DNA of 64,000 nt from Candidatus Eiseniibacteriota bacterium. Its GTDB lineage: Bacteria > Arandabacterota > Arandabacteria > Arandabacterales > Arandabacteraceae. The DNA lies in assembly GCA_043808325.1 (NCBI GenBank), contig JAZDEY010000044.1, positions 89,943-153,942 on the forward strand. Direction: 5' to 3'. Positions within the stretch are counted from its first letter, which is position 1. Each line of letters begins with the position of its first letter. The notes beneath the pieces were generated by a model that worked only from the letters and a program-made list of their open reading frames with translations, had not been told where the DNA came from and did no database searches. This document shows positions 61,047 to 64,000 of the stretch, one piece after another. The translations under genes and the position numbers were made by a program.

Positions 61047-61825
61047 ATCCCAAGGTGAGAAAACCGGTGATCGCGGGTAACTGGAAGATGTACAAGACCA
61101 CAGGCGAGGCCAGGAAGCTTGCCCTGGACATCAAGAATGCCAGCCGTGTCCTGGCGGAAGGCATCGATATAGTGATCTGTCCCCCCTTTGGCGCACTCTG
61201 GGTTGTGGCTGAGGTAATCAAGGCCAGCAGAGTTAATCTCGGTGCCCAGGACTGTTTCTGGGAGGACGAGGGTGCATTCACGGGAGAGGTTTCGCCCAGA
61301 ATGCTCAAGGACTTGGGCTGCACGTATACCATCGTGGGCCATTCCGAGCGAAGGACCCACTTTGGGGAGACCGATCAGGCGGTAGCCAAGAAGGCCAAGG
61401 CCCTGCTCAGGACCGACATCTCCCCAATCGTGTGCGTGGGGGAGAGGCTTTCCGAACGGGAGGCAGGCGCCACCAATGACGTTGTCAGAGGCCAGATACT
61501 GGGATCCCTCCGGGGCATCACTGAGGATGAGATCCTGAGGGCGGTCGTCGCCTATGAACCCGTCTGGGCGATCGGCACGGGCAAGACCGCGACTCCGGGT
61601 GAGGCCCAGCAGGTGCACGCCTTCATCCGTAATATCCTCATCGATCTCTATGGATTAGAAGTTGCTTTAAGAATAAGAATCCAGTATGGTGGAAGTGTAA
61701 AAGCCGACAACATCGGCGCGCTGATGGCAGAGCCCGATATAGATGGGGCGCTGGTTGGAGGCGCAAGTCTTGAGGCGCTTAGCTTCATGAAGATCGTGTC
61801 ATACAGGACAGGAGACGGCGAGTAA
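61040..61825 (+). CDS. tpiA: triosephosphate isomerase
   Basis: N-terminus VIAGNWKMYKT, the active-site His/Glu regions (GHSERR, YEPVWAIGTG). The start is either GTG 61040 or GTG 61055. Confidence 0.9.
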   Translation: MLNPKVRKPVIAGNWKMYKTTGEARKLALDIKNASRVLAEGIDIVICPPFGALWVVAEVIKASRVNLGAQDCFWEDEGAFTGEVSPRMLKDLGCTYTIVGHSERRTHFGETDQAVAKKAKALLRTDISPIVCVGERLSEREAGATNDVVRGQILGSLRGITEDEILRAVVAYEPVWAIGTGKTATPGEAQQVHAFIRNILIDLYGLEVALRIRIQYGGSVKADNIGALMAEPDIDGALVGGASLEALSFMKIVSYRTGDGE

Positions 61826-62154
61826 TGTTGATAGCTATCGTGACGGTATTGCACCTCTTTATCTGCGTGGGGCTGACCATCGTAGTGCTGCTCCAGACCG
61901 GTAAGGGCACGGGTTTGGCAAGCGTGTTTGGGGGCGGTGGTGGGGAGTCGGTCTTCGGCGGCAAAGGCTTTGGGGGAGTGCTCGCCAGGGCCACCGGTGT
62001 GCTTGCGGTGCTCTTCATGGTTACGGCGATCAGTTTGAGTCTGCTCCCTAAGTCCGGCAAGGCGAAGAGTGTGCTAGGCGACCGGGCGACGCGGCCGGCG
62101 GCCGAGGCACCGGCCGGTGAGACGCCGGCTCCGAGTCTGCCGTCGGGGCAGTAG
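61825..62154 (+). CDS. secG: preprotein translocase subunit SecG
   Basis: Two membrane helices with a Gly-rich loop ([24 protein letters not shown]), in the conserved tpiA-secG-tRNA-Leu order. Confidence 0.8.
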   Translation: MLIAIVTVLHLFICVGLTIVVLLQTGKGTGLASVFGGGGGESVFGGKGFGGVLARATGVLAVLFMVTAISLSLLPKSGKAKSVLGDRATRPAAEAPAGETPAPSLPSGQ

Positions 62155-62184
62155 AGCGCCTTCGCATCCGGTCCCAGCATATAT

Positions 62185-62269
<85 letters not shown>

Positions 62270-62368
62270 CACTCTATCCCGGGAGATGACCTTCTACTGC
62301 GGCGCCAGGATTTCCCTGGGCGCCGGCCCGGTAAGATCACAGCCTCGGCCGGTCCGATGCTTCGGCGA

Positions 62369-64000
62369 CTACTTCCGGCGTCTCTCCAGCTTCTGATAGA
62401 TCGCCCTCAGCTCCTCGGTCTTCTGCCTCAGGAACTCGAAGCCCGATTCGAGGATTACCGGGTCGTGAATGTCCACCCCTGCGGTTTCCTTCAAGATCTG
62501 GGGGGCCGGCTTTGAGAAATCCGCACGCAAGAGGCTCACGTACTTATCGTTGAAGCCACGCTCATTCAGGAGCTTGTCCAGCAATACCACGGAGATTGCC
62601 TGGGCGTAAACATAGTTGACATTGTACATCGGGACGTCGTAGTAGTGATGGATGATCTCCCACACACCCTTGTATTCGGGATAGCTCTCATAGTAGATGC
62701 TGTAGGGGATTACCATCTTGTATGCCAGCGTATCAAGGTCGTCGGCGGTCTTGAGAGCATCCTTCTCCACTGCCTCGTAGATCTTGAGCTCGAGATTGGC
62801 GTACATATTGTTGGTCAAGAGCCCCAGTGAGTTCTCGAGAAACTGCTCCAGGTAATAGGCCTTCTTCTCGAGGTCCCGCTCCTTGGAGTAGAGGGTATAG
62901 CCCACCAGCATTTCGTTGGTGCCGGCTATCGCCTCGGTGATATAGCGGGGGCCGTCGATATAGATCGGTCGGGCGCCCGCGTTGGTCTGTATCACGTGAT
63001 GTATGGCATGGCCGCTCTCGTGAGCGAGACCCGTGATCTCGCTGAGATAGCCGTTGTAGCTCTGGGCAAAGAACTGATAGGGAGCTCCGGGGTACCCCGC
63101 GGCGAACATCCCGGCACTTCGCTTAGGGCTGCCCACTATGTCAAGACGGCCGTTTCGGGGATCCAGCAGGTACGTGAGCCCGGTCTGGTATTCCTGGCCG
63201 AAGCGGGCTGTAGCAGCCTTTATGATATCGCTGGCCTGCGCTATGTCGAAGCGGGGTTTGACGAAGTCCAGGGCCTGGACCTGTCTGTCCCAAACATAGA
63301 CCGTATCGTAACCGGTTTGGGCCTTGATCCTCGCCTGTCTGATCTTCTCGTAGTCCTTCCTTAGGCCCGCATGGCGAGCAATCTCGTCAAAGAAATTGGA
63401 GACATCCTCGTACGGCAGATAGATATCAAAGAACCTTGAGTCGGGGTAGTTCTTGTAGCCTCTGAGCGTGGCCAGCTTGTTGCGCGTGTCGATTCCCTTT
63501 ATCAGCGCGAAGGCATAGAGGTCCCGCTGAGTGGCGGTGCTGTGGAAATAGTCTTCCCAGGTCTGTTTCCTGATGCCTCTATCATTGAGGTTAATGAGAG
63601 CTGAGTAATCCAGATTGGTATCAAGGGACTCGCCGTCGACCACGATTTTCAGGAACTTGGTCCGGTCAAGTGAGATCTGGTAGAGTCTCTCGGACCAGGT
63701 CGAAAGGTAAGGAGAGAGGGTCGCCAAGAGCTCCTCCTCCTTCAGTGACAGAGTGTACGGCCGGTATCTTCGGGTTTCCTCTATGGCGAAGGCGTAGCTC
63801 CTAAGCTCGGGTTTCGCTCTGAAGAACTTTGCAAGTGCGGCATCGTCGATTGCCTGGATTTCAGTCTTGATGAACTGGGTGCGGCTGTCGATGTCACCGG
63901 AGATCTTCTGTATCCTGTCAAGCAGGCTGAAGTCATCGGTGTTGGTCGAGTATCTGAGGTCGGCGTAGACCCACAGCTTCCACAAGATCGGGATGGTTTT
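62369..64000 (-). CDS. pepF: oligoendopeptidase F (M3B family), N-terminus probably beyond window end
   Basis: The zinc motif HESGHAIHH and M3-family helical architecture. The first in-window Met is at 63985, but at 538 aa it is shorter than typical PepF, so the true start probably lies beyond 64000. Confidence 0.75.
   Translation of the reverse strand, partial: KTIPILWKLWVYADLRYSTNTDDFSLLDRIQKISGDIDSRTQFIKTEIQAIDDAALAKFFRAKPELRSYAFAIEETRRYRPYTLSLKEEELLATLSPYLSTWSERLYQISLDRTKFLKIVVDGESLDTNLDYSALINLNDRGIRKQTWEDYFHSTATQRDLYAFALIKGIDTRNKLATLRGYKNYPDSRFFDIYLPYEDVSNFFDEIARHAGLRKDYEKIRQARIKAQTGYDTVYVWDRQVQALDFVKPRFDIAQASDIIKAATARFGQEYQTGLTYLLDPRNGRLDIVGSPKRSAGMFAAGYPGAPYQFFAQSYNGYLSEITGLAHESGHAIHHVIQTNAGARPIYIDGPRYITEAIAGTNEMLVGYTLYSKERDLEKKAYYLEQFLENSLGLLTNNMYANLELKIYEAVEKDALKTADDLDTLAYKMVIPYSIYYESYPEYKGVWEIIHHYYDVPMYNVNYVYAQAISVVLLDKLLNERGFNDKYVSLLRADFSKPAPQILKETAGVDIHDPVILESGFEFLRQKTEELRAIYQKLERRRK

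Overview
This is a 64 kb window of high-GC (~60%+) bacterial chromosome, almost entirely coding on the + strand and mostly core genes. No CRISPR arrays, transposases or IS elements were seen.

Gene content, in order:
- Histidine catabolism through formiminoglutamate: hutI (5' partial) and a bifunctional FtcD, followed by a TPR protein and a PHP phosphoesterase.
- A cobalamin riboswitch in front of a small membrane protein and a BtuB-like TonB-dependent receptor.
- cvpA, phosphomannomutase and manC.
- A large type IVa pilus/competence supercluster: comEA, pilB, pilT, pilC, pilS, pilR, pilA, then a four-gene insert, then pilM, pilN, pilO, pilP, pilQ, then a ~1000-aa Big-domain putative lipoprotein and a small outer-membrane barrel. 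The four-gene insert is an ABC ATPase, an ABC-2 permease, a membrane-anchored protein with two pseudopilin-C-like motifs, and a PAS protein.
- rsmD, coaD, pta, a GlcD-like FAD oxidase, obg, dprA, a DUF362/Fe-S protein and an LpxL-family acyltransferase.
- On the minus strand, a DUF3467 protein and an M6 metalloprotease with a T9SS-type C-terminal domain.
- Separate hldA and hldC (ADP-heptose synthesis), a cyclic-2,3-diphosphoglycerate-synthetase-like P-loop protein, sucC, sucD (with a lysine-rich tail), ndk, nfnA/nfnB.
- yceD, rpmF, plsX, fabH, fabD, fabG, acpP, fabF, rnc.
- pfk, fba, gap, pgk, tpiA, secG, tRNA-Leu(GAG), and pepF on the minus strand, truncated at the window edge.

The most system-like uncharacterised element is the four-gene ABC/pseudopilin-motif/PAS module between pilA and pilM. 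It resembles the Myxococcus PilGHI arrangement, with a novel accessory protein. Also notable are the Big-domain surface protein and barrel appended to pilQ, the lysine-rich extension on SucD with an adjacent lysine-rich micro-ORF, and sigma-54-type promoters in front of pilA and pilB.
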